DNA of 64,000 nucleotides from Pocillopora damicornis (Eukaryota): NCBI RefSeq assembly GCF_003704095.1, contig NW_020845065.1, positions 186,001 to 250,000 of the forward strand, read 5' to 3'. Shown piece by piece: positions 23,801 to 34,442 of this stretch (position 1 is its first letter; each line of letters starts with the position of its first letter). The notes under the pieces were generated by a model. It saw only the letters and a program-made list of their open reading frames with translations, ran no database searches and was not told where the DNA came from. The position numbers and the translations under genes were made by a program.

Positions 23801-25803
23801 TTTCCTTTCTTAACTTTTCGTGCCTTAATGAAGTGCAATAAGTTTTGATATGATAAACTTTCTTTGCTCTTTGTAACTGACTTCCTGGTAGACTATCCAG
23901 CTGACTTACTGACTGAATGATTGACTGACTGATTGACTGACTGACTAAAGGACAGACAGACAAAGACAGAAAGAGTGATTGCTTGATCAATTGATTGATC
24001 CTCTCAGACCTTGCCACAAGCAGAAAGCGGTAGCGACACAAGTTTCAGCAGCGTGGATCATGAGTCAGCCACGCGTGGACTCCATGAACTACGTCAACAC
24101 TACTTGGATACCATCGCTAAGATACGTGATGACGTGTTGGATCACGTGCACCAGACCAAGGCTAGCGCAGCCAAGAAGATCAGGTTAGCAAAAAGTAATT
24201 TTGCAAGTTGAATTCAAAAGCATGTAATGCATTCTTGAGGTGCAAATAAGCCTCCCCTCGCACCCCTCCCAGGGGGGGGGAAGGAAGCAAAAACGCTTTC
24301 AGATACAGACACGGGCTTGAATCCCGTCGAGAGCAGAACTTTTTCAAAGCTTGTTTTCTCTAATTGCTAAAAATTTCAGCTCAACTGTTAGGATCATAAC
24401 TTTACTTAACATTATTATTCCTACAACTCCAGTAACTTAAAGTTCCTGAGAATAACCCACCCATCAAACGATGACCCTAAAGGTAACAGCGCTGCTGTTT
24501 TAAAGTCGCAATTTTCGCTTTTCAAATAGGGGCGAAGTTTTAAAAGAACGTCACTCCACGGCCAAAAAGCTTCGTAAGTACTACCTTCAATGTCTTAAGC
24601 AACTTCTTGAGGAAGATCGTGTGGCTCTGGAGGGTAACAGGTCCCCTATCAGTGCTGAGGATAAGTTGAACAGAATGGCTGAAGCTTTAAAAACGCTGAG
24701 TCCTGACAAGGAATCTACCGGTAAGCTTCCTTATTTAAAACGACGATCTTTGCAGGTTAAATTTGAACTCTTGACTGATCAGGCCTTAAATAAGGGTATG
24801 AACCTGTTTCCCCCGCAAAAACTTGGTGTCGCTCTGCCAGCTTTAGTCACAACTTTTTTGGGAAACCTCTGTTCAGCTGACGTCTTTATCCACAAATCAC
24901 AAACGTTTGTCACGCCTGACAAAAATTTATGTTCTCATAACCTTTGTACCTGTTACCTTTATTGAAGGGAAGCTTTATTTTCTTCATATTCTTGACAAAT
25001 TCAATGACAAATTGCTAAAAGAGTTCTTGTCTACTTTAGGACAGCATTTCCAACAACCTGAAGTGTATGAAAGCGCTCAAACGCCTCGTTCGGCATTATT
25101 CACTGTGTTACGAACTTCAAGTGAGCCTGACGTCCGGGACATGAAGTCACCACATACGCCGACTCCCGTTAGACCACGTGATGGCCTCCCTGATGGAGCA
25201 AGCGACACAGCTCAGCCAATCACAACAAAAGACAGAGCATTTACTCCCATATTAGGAAGGTTACCACCAATGGACGACTTGCTGAGAAAGAAACACTTGG
25301 CTCCGGAGAGGGAATATGAAAATTTTTCCTCTAACAAGACAGATATTCGAGCCATGAAGGCCGATAATGTGGCTATTCCAGCTCTTAAACGTGCTGCAGA
25401 CATTAATTCAGAGGACGATGTTTCAGCACCTTCAGATGAGAAAGAAAGACAGATGGCAAATGCACTTCATGAGCGTGTACTCAAGCATAAACCCTCTCCA
25501 ACGTACAGGAGAACTGCAGCTTCACCTGCGTTCTCTACCAAGTCTTACGAGTCAGATCAGTACAGTGAACTTCCTACAGTAATTCACATTTCAAGACGAG
25601 AATCCAGTGGCTCAAAAGACAGCAAAAGCAATCCAAGTCGTACCTCAGAGGCCAAGGATGACACAATCTCACCCATCAGGCCACCATCTGCGAAAAGTAG
25701 AATAACTCATGTTTTGCCTCGTGAAAAAAGGTTACAGGCCTCAGCAGGTTTACCTTCTAAGCCGCGGATTGATGTTCGAGCGAAACGTATGCAAAAATCT
25801 TAA
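8873..25803 (+). CDS. CEP152: Centrosomal protein CEP152 / Asterless ortholog, ~1,890 aa, ~27 exons
   Basis: Approximate exons: 8873-8911, 10522-10581, 11385-12402, 12599-12738, 13169-13369, 13497-13611, 13831-13922, 14044-14195, 14521-14704, 14873-14933, 15252-15307, 15403-15489, 15606-15649, 16470-16565, 17011-17146, 17894-18040, 18582-18800, 19427-19648, 19811-20018, 20354-20502, 20904-21215, 21891-22169, 22428-22633, 23107-23416, 24008-24183, 24530-24720, 25040-25803. Phases are consistent. Blocks recognisable from vertebrate CEP152: acidic PLK4-binding N-terminus (NFDAQVLEDEEE...EREQEIRELL...LLDDD), QLQILYKARGRKIEEL, INSLTRSLDSSQKQC, ELQEQIKMYESASRLG, MVAEFDEDK, IKECYVQL, and C-terminal ELRQHYL...EVLKERHSTAKKLRKYYLQCLKQLL. 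Confidence 0.92.
10730..10900 (-). mobile_element. Decayed tRNA-derived SINE in CEP152 intron 2
   Basis: GATCTTGGCATTAATGAACACTGCTTAAGCAGAAGTGAAAATAAGGC...AAATTCAGACCTGTA matches the copies at 44.6-45.2 kb. Confidence 0.7.
13052..13080 (+). repeat. (CTCTGAC)n 7-bp tandem repeat, ~4 units
   Basis: Directly visible in CEP152 intron 4. Confidence 0.85.
14247..14410 (+). mobile_element. piggyBac-like MITE, internally deleted copy
   Basis: TTAACCC...GAAGCTCTTGATTGTTAAATAAATTCTCCTTGTCAGC...ATGCATACTGATGTT...GTAAGGGGTTA. Confidence 0.65.
17400..17593 (+). mobile_element. piggyBac-like MITE copy
   Basis: TTAACCCTTTA...GTGACCAGCATCTAATTTCT...GTTAGGGTGTAAAGGATTAA. Confidence 0.72.
22644..22797 (+). 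repeat. 42-bp minisatellite, ~3.7 units, in CEP152 intron 23
   Basis: Unit approximately TTAACAATGGACCAGTGTTGTTTAATATTAAATCATTGTAAT, repeated in tandem. Confidence 0.9.
23494..23698 (-). mobile_element. piggyBac-like MITE, inverted copy
   Basis: CTTTTACACCCTAACATCAGT...AAGGAGAATTTGTT...GGAGAAATGAG...GGGGTTAAGGG. Confidence 0.65.
23900..24000 (+). repeat. Degenerate (GACT/GATT/GACA)n microsatellite; a similar tract lies at ~16140-16240
   Basis: TGACTGACTGATTGACTGACTGACT...GACAGACAGAC visible. Confidence 0.8.
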
Positions 25804-26779
25804 CATTAGAGTCTTTACTCAGGCGTGATCCACTTATGGAATGAAGCGTAGTCATTTCCGGATACAAATGTTGACAGAACCGGGCGTTTGCACTCAGCTC
25901 GTTAGTAGTAATGAGACTAATTAATCAAATACCTGTTAGTTGGCTAACAGCTTAAGTGACATTTCCTTCCTTCTTTGTACAAAGAAGTTTGCACTTCCAC
26001 CCCGTGAGTGGAAATTAGGTGCCCACGCACGAGCGTGTACATGCCCAAAAATTGTGTGATTCGCTTTGATACAGACGGTAGGTTAGCTTTTGCAAAAAAA
26101 TGGCGATGTACACTCAAAGAGAAGAGAAAAAAGTAGAAAAGATCAGTAGTTACATGTAGTCAAACATGTAATTGCTTATTTTTGTAAAACTAGTCAAAAG
26201 GTATCTTTTTGTACATAGGAATGTTTCTATTCCGGTTGTATATTAGTATTCTTTTCTCTGGGAGTCTCTAATTTATTGATCAAATGATTCCAAAAAAATT
26301 GGAATTTTCAATAAACGTAAATTCCAATCTCTTCCGGATGTTCTTGAAGCAACATTGTTTTATAGTTCTAACGGCCCCAACCAAAGTTTTAAGACTTTGA
26401 AAAGGTTTAAACAATGGACGCTGCCTTTGCATGTTTAGCTATGTATTAAACGTTCTGTGTTTATCAGGAAGAGAATACATCTGGCGAAAAATTCTGTTTC
26501 GCTTTTGTCGTTGTCGTCTTGTTACAGAGGGACTTTTTTTATAGTAAACAATGTGAAGGTATCGATGCACAACTACTCCGGTCGAAGTTCAACGCGATAA
26601 CCTTCAAGTGATCTCGTAACTAATCAATAGTGTAATTTTTTACATTTCAAACTCTGGCAATTAATTTGGGGTGAACAGACCCTTAACGATAAATGTACAA
26701 GGTCTGATTATGTCAAGAATTCACGACAAAATTAACAATATAATTTAAATGGTTTAAAACTGAGCGGAATAGTCGATCG

Positions 26780-26965
26780 TGTATTGAAATCGTCCAGGTG
26801 AGGTTGTTTGAATAACTGTTGTTAGTAACAGTGACTTGAGTTTCGACAACCTTCAGCAATAATCCTGCGTCATCAAAGTAGACTCAACCCTTAAACTTGA
26901 CTCTGATAATAATGGCTTCGAAACATCAATCAATGTCACCCACATGAGTTCTTTGCTGAACTGAC
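26780..26965. repeat. Decayed Penelope-type repeat with inverted hammerhead-like cores
   Basis: GTTTCGACAACC...TCATCAAAG (antisense core) followed by CTCTGATAA...CGAAACATC (sense core). The family assignment is from recollection of cnidarian repeats. Confidence 0.45.
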
Positions 26966-27086
26966 ATAGTGCTATCTGACACAGTGTATCGATCACACTG
27001 ATCGAGCGTGAATGAACTGAAAGAAACGCTTGGGAACTAGCTGGGACTGTTGTATCATAGGTGGGTTCTGACCAATTTTGAATAGA

Positions 27087-27094
27087 TGACGTCA
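27087..27094. promoter_or_regulatory. Perfect CRE palindrome TGACGTCA, ~100 bp upstream of signal exon 1a
   Basis: Exact match; position mirrors the CRE at 30189. Confidence 0.55.
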
Positions 27095-27188
27095 ATTTGG
27101 TGACAAATGGGTGAAACCTTAGTACAGCATATCACAACGCATAAGACGTCTTGCGCATCGACGAGGAGAAATTCAAAGGTTATACAGC

Positions 27189-27243
27189 ATGGAATCTATA
27201 CTTTTTGTGGCTGTTTTAGCAGTGCTGCAGATTTCTACCCAAG
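27189..27243 (+). CDS. Alternative (or orphan) signal-peptide exon 1a for Ly6/uPAR gene A: MESILFVAVLAVLQISTQ-G
   Basis: CAGCATGG Kozak context, hydrophobic signal peptide and AAG|GTATT phase-1 donor, compatible with the acceptor at 32646. No other LU exon was seen between 27.2 and 32.6 kb. Confidence 0.65.
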
Positions 27244-29079
27244 GTATTCATTATTTGATAGTTTACTTTCAATATCGAAGTAAAGTGGCACGGTAGATAT
27301 TGCGTATCGAGTAAAGAATACCAGCTAAATCAGTTTTCGTCTCCTTTGATGGCGTAGCTCACTAATGAGATCCTTGCAGCTCAGTCAGTTGACATGGCAT
27401 CCGCCTTCGAAATCTAAACTGGCTGAGGTTCAAAACGTCGCACGCTTGTAACGTGGTAAATTTCTTTCTTCGGTCGTAAACTGGATTTTAGGGCGCAATA
27501 ATTGGCCACAAGTAGCCAAGAGGCTGTCGTTAGTTCATGATGAGGTATTACAGACTGGTCGTCGTTTTCGCTGGCCGGCCGGTTCTGAGTATCGATTACA
27601 AACCGTGCCGTCACAATTTATAATTGAGTTGCAAGAGACAAACGGTAACCACTAGGCTGAAACTAAACTTGTTATGTTCGATAAAAAATGAACCTGATTT
27701 GAGCTATTTTCCTATAATCCACACATTAATCTCGTAGAAATATAGCATTGAATTTCCAAGCACTTTAACGGCAAATTTTTTCGCTTCTGAGCAAGAAATA
27801 AACTCTTTTTTTTTCTCCCGTTTGTCGTAAGCGTCAATCTTGACCAATGTTTTTTTAAGTTAAATTCAGCACGGCACGCGTCAGCGATAATTCTGGATGT
27901 TTCTTTTTTTGATACATTTATGAAAACTCGCTAAAAGTTAAAGTAGTAGTTTTAGATAACTATTACGGTGATTTTGTCGTTATTTAGAAATAATGTGGAT
28001 AACAAACAGATAAGTAGTAAGAGCCACTCGACTACGCGGTACAATTAAGATTGAACTAATTTGCATGTTAAGTCAGAATACTCGAAAACAGTGCACTAGG
28101 GTGGCATTCAGTGAGACAAAAGAACATAGAACTTGTCATTAATCTTAAAAACTAATTACAGATGCCAATAGTTGGGTAGCAAAACAAGTTCCAATTATTC
28201 CATTCGTGAAATAACAAACAATAATGATAACTTTTTTTCGCAATATTTCAAATAAGATTCTGATTTATTCGACAGAAAATTGATAAGAGAGTGTGAAAGA
28301 CTGTGCGCTCTGACATTTGCTGATAATTGATTTGATAATGATGGCACCGAAAGTGAACCACCCCTAAGGCACTTGAGTTTATTTCCACTTGAAAAAATGG
28401 AAGATAAATTCTGTTTTCTCTCATTACCAAATCTCAGCTGTCATTTTGACACCTGAGATCATTTTAACACCTGAGATTTTCAACCTTTTGTTCCCAGTCA
28501 TTTCAAGCCAGACAGCCCTATATTCCATAAAAAGGAAAGCTCTGCTTCCAAGCTTAGTTGATACGCCTTCCTAATGTTTTGTTTTTTCATAACAACGCCT
28601 GCAAGCTAGAAATCATCAAATTTTTTCTTAAAGAGTAAACCATTTTTTCTCAAAACCTTCTTCAGCCAAGTGTTAGAACGAATAAAACGATATCTATTTT
28701 GGTTTGTAAGCAAAAATTGAAAATAAACGATGATCGATATCGTTGGAATAAGAAACGGGAGAAGTAAATATTCAGTTCTCAACAAAAGCTTCCGTGACAC
28801 TGTGCTAAAGTAATAATTGTACATACGATCCGAAAAATTCAGAGGGTTCGTTCTCACACATGTTTCAGAACGGACATGTGTCTTGAGGTTCAAGCAGTCT
28901 CACGGAAATCCTTGTTTCTTTCCCATGAACTACATGGCCGATGTTATCAGTTCCGTAGGAGCTCTATTTTGTGTTAACGATTATTGTGATGTTGAGGACC
29001 GAATATTTTCTGTATTTTTTTCCTGGGGTGTGTGAGCTGCATTTGCGCCTTTTGGACGATTCTAAAGCTTTTGAAAATC

Positions 29080-29785
29080 AGAGTTCGCCAACCTTTTATT
29101 TTTTCTTTAGCACCAACAACAAAAGCGTCGCGTTGGGAAAAATTTGGAAGTTTCGTAACATCGCTCATAATTGAATACACTACTTAGTAGCCTACAATCC
29201 AAACTTCTTGATAAGTTTAATCATGTGCTGCAGTTGCATGCGATATTAACTTACCCTGTGTGCCGTAACACAGGGTATTTCGCATAGAAAAAAGTGAAAT
29301 TAAGGCAGACAAACCACTACATTCAAGCTAATCGAAGAGTCAACCATACTTTTTCAAGACCATCATCAATTAATGGCGACGAAAACCTAGACGAATTTTA
29401 AGATTTCGTAATACCACTTGAATCGTGCGGCTTACAGCCGCTTACAGTCTGCTGTGGCAAACGTTTTTATCAATTTAGCCCAGAGTCGCTGGTGCATATC
29501 TTAGATAGCTTAGACTGTACACTCAAACAAGCTGGATAGAACGTTCCGACTTTCCTGTTTATGTTGATGCTTTAATTCGTGCCAGCATCATCATCAACCC
29601 CTCTTCTTTATGCGGATCAAAGAGTTCGCCATCTTTTTTTTAACACCATCACCAATGGCGGTCGAACTTGGAAGAATTTGAACATTTTGCAAATCAAACA
29701 GTTTGCCAACCTCTTCTTAACACGAATGACAAAGGCGATGGTAGTTCGATGAATTTGGTCGAAGATTTCGTAACATCGCTGACAT
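29080..29785 (+). repeat. Four dispersed, degenerate ~80-bp local repeats
   Basis: Copies at ~29080-29165, 29334-29415, 29621-29692 and 29699-29780 share AGTTCGCCA-pyrimidine tract-ACC-GGCG-GAATTT-TTTCGTAACATCGCT. Confidence 0.6.
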
Positions 29786-30188
29786 TACTGCAAAGGTATT
29801 ACTTTTCGAGCACATAATGGAATCAACCTCAGCAGGACTTCAAAATTGATAGCTATCCATAACGTTCGAGAATCAATTTATATAAATAATGACTCGAACC
29901 TTCTTATTAACGACACAAGCTGATCGTGGGAAAGTTTATACGCTCCATTTCATTCAAGCTGAACCTTAACCCCAAACTAGCTAAAACTAAGAGGCAATTT
30001 TCAAAGCCTTAGATATTTTTCATTTTCTCAAGCTTAGTGTTTTGATATAGATCTCATAATAAACCTAAATGAATGTCCAGTATTGGCAAATGAAGCGTAT
30101 TCATGAGACGTGTATTGTTGGCAGTTTCATCAGACTAAACTCATTACGATCCCGGGGGACGAATCGAGAACCTTTGGAAACAAAGAAG

Positions 30189-30196
30189 TGACGTCA
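30189..30196. promoter_or_regulatory. Perfect CRE palindrome TGACGTCA, ~110 bp upstream of signal exon 1b
   Basis: Exact match. Confidence 0.55.
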
Positions 30197-30303
30197 CATA
30201 GGTAATAAACAAATGCATTTGCAGGTTCAACGGATTTGACACCGAGCAACCGAACTTTTCATATACTGCTGAGATCGATAGAATTGAAATTGAACAGTAC
30301 AAG

Positions 30304-33151
30304 ATGGGATTATGCCCGGCAACTGTATCTTTTGCAACCGTTTTGGCAGTAGTTTGCATTTCTAGCGAAGGTAAGCGAACAAAGAATTGAATGTTTTGCA
30401 TTTTGTAATCGAGACTGGAGTGGTTTACTCGTGATTAACTGAAAGATACGAAGGGCTGCGGTTGAAATTCCAGTAATGAAACAATCGAACCGGCTTCAAG
30501 CCGTTATTAAGACACAGGTTATAATTTTTTTGCTGTGAAATACAAACACAGATGGTAGATTGTAACATCAATAACTGTGATGCATTATTTAGGAACGTCT
30601 TGTTGTTAGAGCTTAAATAAAACTGCTTGGAACCTCGTGCGACGTGGAACCGAACTTTCTAGTACAGATCGAATTAATATGGAATTCTTACCAGGCTTGA
30701 CTAAAGAGATCAACTTCTTGTTATATCAAGAACAGTGGCTTTTAAGTGACACATCTGTATTCCAGTTAGATGTTGTCATTCTGTCCGCTTGCAATGCCGT
30801 TAAACCTCATTCCGAAGTCAGCCATCGTTTTTCGAGTACGAATGAGGTGTTTAATGAATGAGTAGGTGACTTTCGAGAGTTGAGGAGACAAGTCGCAAAT
30901 CGTTAGCAATGGCTTCGACCGGTAGCTTCTTCGACGTTCATTTATTCCGACACAATCACCAAAAAGCAAAAGAATGACAGTTATTGAAATTAGTCGGAGG
31001 GAATTATTTCTCTTGCTTTTAGTTCTCTACACTTTAATCATGTTTGAGAGCGCTATGCTTCAGACCTCACTTTAGCACTGAGTTCTGAGGCACTCAATTT
31101 ATATTTCAGTGGGTTTGTCACGCTTAAATCGGGAAAGAAATCTTGAAGTCTGTGAGAGAACACGGCGGTTGAAAGCGAGCTGTTGTGAAAGCTCATTTGC
31201 ATTTTCCGCAACTGTTCGCTGCGAGACTTCTTTTCGAATTAGTTCAAAACAAAATTCTAAACTGATAAACACGATAGTTGATCTATCAACACCGTTCAGC
31301 AAGGAGAGATAACAATTCGACCAACGTAACCTGTACAATTAATCAATTTGTGAACGAGAAAAAAAAAACGTTTTTAAAATTCCTCATCAAAATAAGAAAG
31401 GCGATCGCGTTGTCGAAAACATCACTTGATTCTATTAGATATCAACTTTCCACTAAGCCTATTACTGATAACGGTTTTAGCGTTGATCGATTTGGTCAGA
31501 TAGATTCTGGATCAATCCGGATAACAACGATGTATTTTCAGAACAGGCAGGGTTTCTAACTATTCTTTCACATTTAAAACCAATATCAGACAGTTGGAAC
31601 CCCAAGAGATCTCCTACATTGATGAAACGTATGGAAATTTCACTCACATTGAACAATTGCTTCTTTGTGTCCTCATCCGAAGGAAACAAAGCTGTTTTTC
31701 AGGGCATTACGCCTTTCAAGTGTATTTTGTCATAGAGATTGCGAAAAGCGATTTTCCGAAGAAATCAGCGAGGTAATATGTAGGAATGCAAATGATTTAA
31801 AATCAATGAAATTAAGCCTTATTGCGAGACGTCGTTCGATTCTCTTCTCATAAAGGAAAAATAAAAATTGATCAAAATTCAACTAAATTGTTTTGACTGG
31901 CTGACCACATTATCTGTTGTTCCAGAGAAATGAGGCGGTATTGTCTGAGTAGAGGCAAGTGAAATGTTACTTGAAAACTTCAACGACTGCCGTTCTTAGT
32001 ATGCTTCTCTGGAAGGAACCTTTTTAACAACAGCATTTGCTAACCATTTGTAGTTTAAACGGGTTGAAAGGCCATTTTAAAACCAAGAAAATAAGAGTGT
32101 TTTTTGTAGATCGGAAATGGACTTTAATGACAATTCACCCGGAGGCGACAAAAGACGATTCATGTGTGATACATATGTCTTACTCTTAAGAAAACTAAAT
32201 GATTTTCTGCATTCTTACATCTCACAACCTTAAGTTTCCGGGCTGTTTTAGCAGTAAGTATTATGAAATACAAGTGCGGAAAATGTCGGCTGAACTTCGT
32301 CATTGAAATTTATTAAAAGCACTCTTTTACTGGCTTGGTGTGGCTTAAACTCTACCAGAAAGTTTCACTAACGTGCTTTTTTTAAAAACCCTTCGTATTT
32401 TCAAAAGAAAGTTTCGCTGACATGCTTTTTTTAAAAACCCTTCGTATTTTCAAAAGACGAGGCTTTTTTTAAATTAATTTGATTAGCACTCATGAGCGTT
32501 AAACCAATCAGTCAGCTGCTGATCTCAGGAAGGTTCTCCGCACTTTGTGTTTTTCTCATACTGACTGCTTAGTAAGAGAAATTTGAAGAGATGTCTTTCG
32601 TTCAGAAAGGAAGATACTAAATTGATTTTATTTGTGACATTTTAGTGTTCGGTGCGGACCCTTTGTACTGCTTCAGTTGCCATGGATATGATAAAGATAG
32701 TCTCACCAAGTGTAAAGACAGAAAGGATAATGAATTGTTTGTTAGAAAGTGCACCACAAACTCGTCGCTTTTGCCGGCCTGTCTCAAGTACACTGCCTAT
32801 TACAAGATTCCACAGATGATGGGTAAACAACTCAAAATGGTCGAGTCCGCCGTGCACGGTTTACACTGTGGAACACTGGCAATGTGTGCAAGGAGTGAAT
32901 GCCCGAATTTCTGGCCAAAGGATCTCTCTGCTAAAAAATGTGAAGTAAGTTGCTGTACAAACAAACCCTGTTTATTCCCGATGCCGAATAAATCGGAAAT
33001 TGATAGATATGAGCAGCGAGAGGCTGTGAAGGGTAACGCGGCAGCTCTTGGGGTCCAGAGTGGAAAGAGAAGTAGTGGTGTAACCAGAATCTCGGTGTCC
33101 TTGTGGATACAAGGCGTGGTTCTCGCTTTTGCTACGTGGCTTAAGGCTTAA
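30304..33151 (+). CDS. Ly6/uPAR (three-finger) GPI-anchored protein A, 190 aa, 12 Cys
   Basis: Signal exon 30304-30370 (MGLCPATVSFATVLAVVCISSE, GAAG|GTAAGC) joined to 32646-33151: LYCFSC...TKC...RKC...PAC...LHC...AMC...SEC...KKCEVSCCTNKPC. C-terminal small-residue omega region (SSG) followed by a hydrophobic tail. Confidence 0.85.
32357..32456 (+). repeat. ~49-bp direct tandem duplication
   Basis: GAAAGTTTC.CT.AC.TGCTTTTTTTAAAAACCCTTCGTATTTTCAAAA present twice. Confidence 0.85.
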
Positions 33152-34284
33152 AGTTTTTAACGCGAAGTAACTTGTATGCCAAGTGCAAGCAATTAAGAGG
33201 CCGTTCATATCATGTTTTCATCAGTGGTAGTTATATTTAAATACTAAAGCTGGCACTTACTCTGGAAGATCTAACTCTTTATTTCCCTCTTGAGAAAGAG
33301 GACATTATCATGAACACAAGTAATAATTATTGACGTATACTAAACGCTTGACTATCATGAGACACTCCACATCTGAAGTAATTCTGGCTTCACCACAAAC
33401 AATCCAAACGAATGCTCGGGATGTGCTGCCCAAAGGAACTGGGTTTGATGCTTCAAACACGCTTCACAGATACGTTATCTGTTAATAATGTTCCTGACGT
33501 TATCGATGGCCCGACCACTGGATAAAAAAAGCAGTCATGTTTATGTATAGTTCGTCTCAGTTTGCGAAACTTTATACCGAATCATTACAATCTTAGTTTA
33601 GTCACACCTTCTGTAGCTATATACTATTTATATATATGAGGGTCAGGATTTGACTTGGCACATTCTTTTGTAACACGTCTGTAAAGTATCATTTTATACC
33701 CATCAACAAATCGTTTCCTGTTTTATAAATACTCGACGCAAATTGGAGTATCGCTGAACAATTCTCACCTCACTGACAGTCAAATTTTACCTCACTTTCT
33801 TATGTACAACAGAGACGTTTATTCAATTTTGTTTTAGGGTAAAGAGTAACTGTAGCATAAAGTGTCTCTAAACAAACACCTTTTTCGTGCAGATACAACA
33901 TGTTCCCTTGGGAATACATGCCTGAGAATACTCGAACAGGAAATCATAATTTATTGGAATGTGTTACCAAACACAAAGTTATTTTCAACTCTTACATCAA
34001 TTCCATTTCTTGTTGTTGATGAATGCAAACATGCCTACAATAATGTGTACTTTGACTTGGTAAGATGTCTTTTATTTGCATCAGGTCGGGAAGTGACCTA
34101 TATATGTGTTTTCGTCAATTTCAAAATACTTGTTTATTGACCTAAACTTGTAAGTGAGTAGAATAAAACAGATGTTATTGCTTTTTTCGGAAAAGAAAAC
34201 TCGAAAAACATCCGCTCAACGAAGGAAGAGAATTTTAAGAATTCTTCAATAGCCGACCGGTTAATGCAAATCTAAGTAACAAAC

Positions 34285-34442
34285 ATTCGCTTTGAGGAAG
34301 GGCAAACGCCCGAAATATCAGCTTTGAAACTCTTTACAGTGGCCAATTTAAGTTATCAATTCATTTGATAATACTAAATTACCCTGTTATACTCTCCTAC
34401 CGACTACGCAGCTCCACAGTTTCCTTAGAATCTTACCCCCTT
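34285..34442 (+). repeat. Repeat carrying a degenerate minimal hammerhead ribozyme (Penelope/retrozyme-type)
   Basis: CTTTGAGGA-A-GGGC(AAAC)GCCC-GAAA-TATC, with an intact stem II hairpin and GAAA. The downstream GTGGCCAATTTA..TTATCAA.TCA.TTGATAA is shared with the copy at 36610-36730. Confidence 0.55.

Noticed and set aside
31109-31312. Possible extra LU exon (phase-1 acceptor, contains SCCES)
   Set aside because: It has only four Cys, no CxxC start, no terminal Cys motif and no GPI tail, so it is probably chance.
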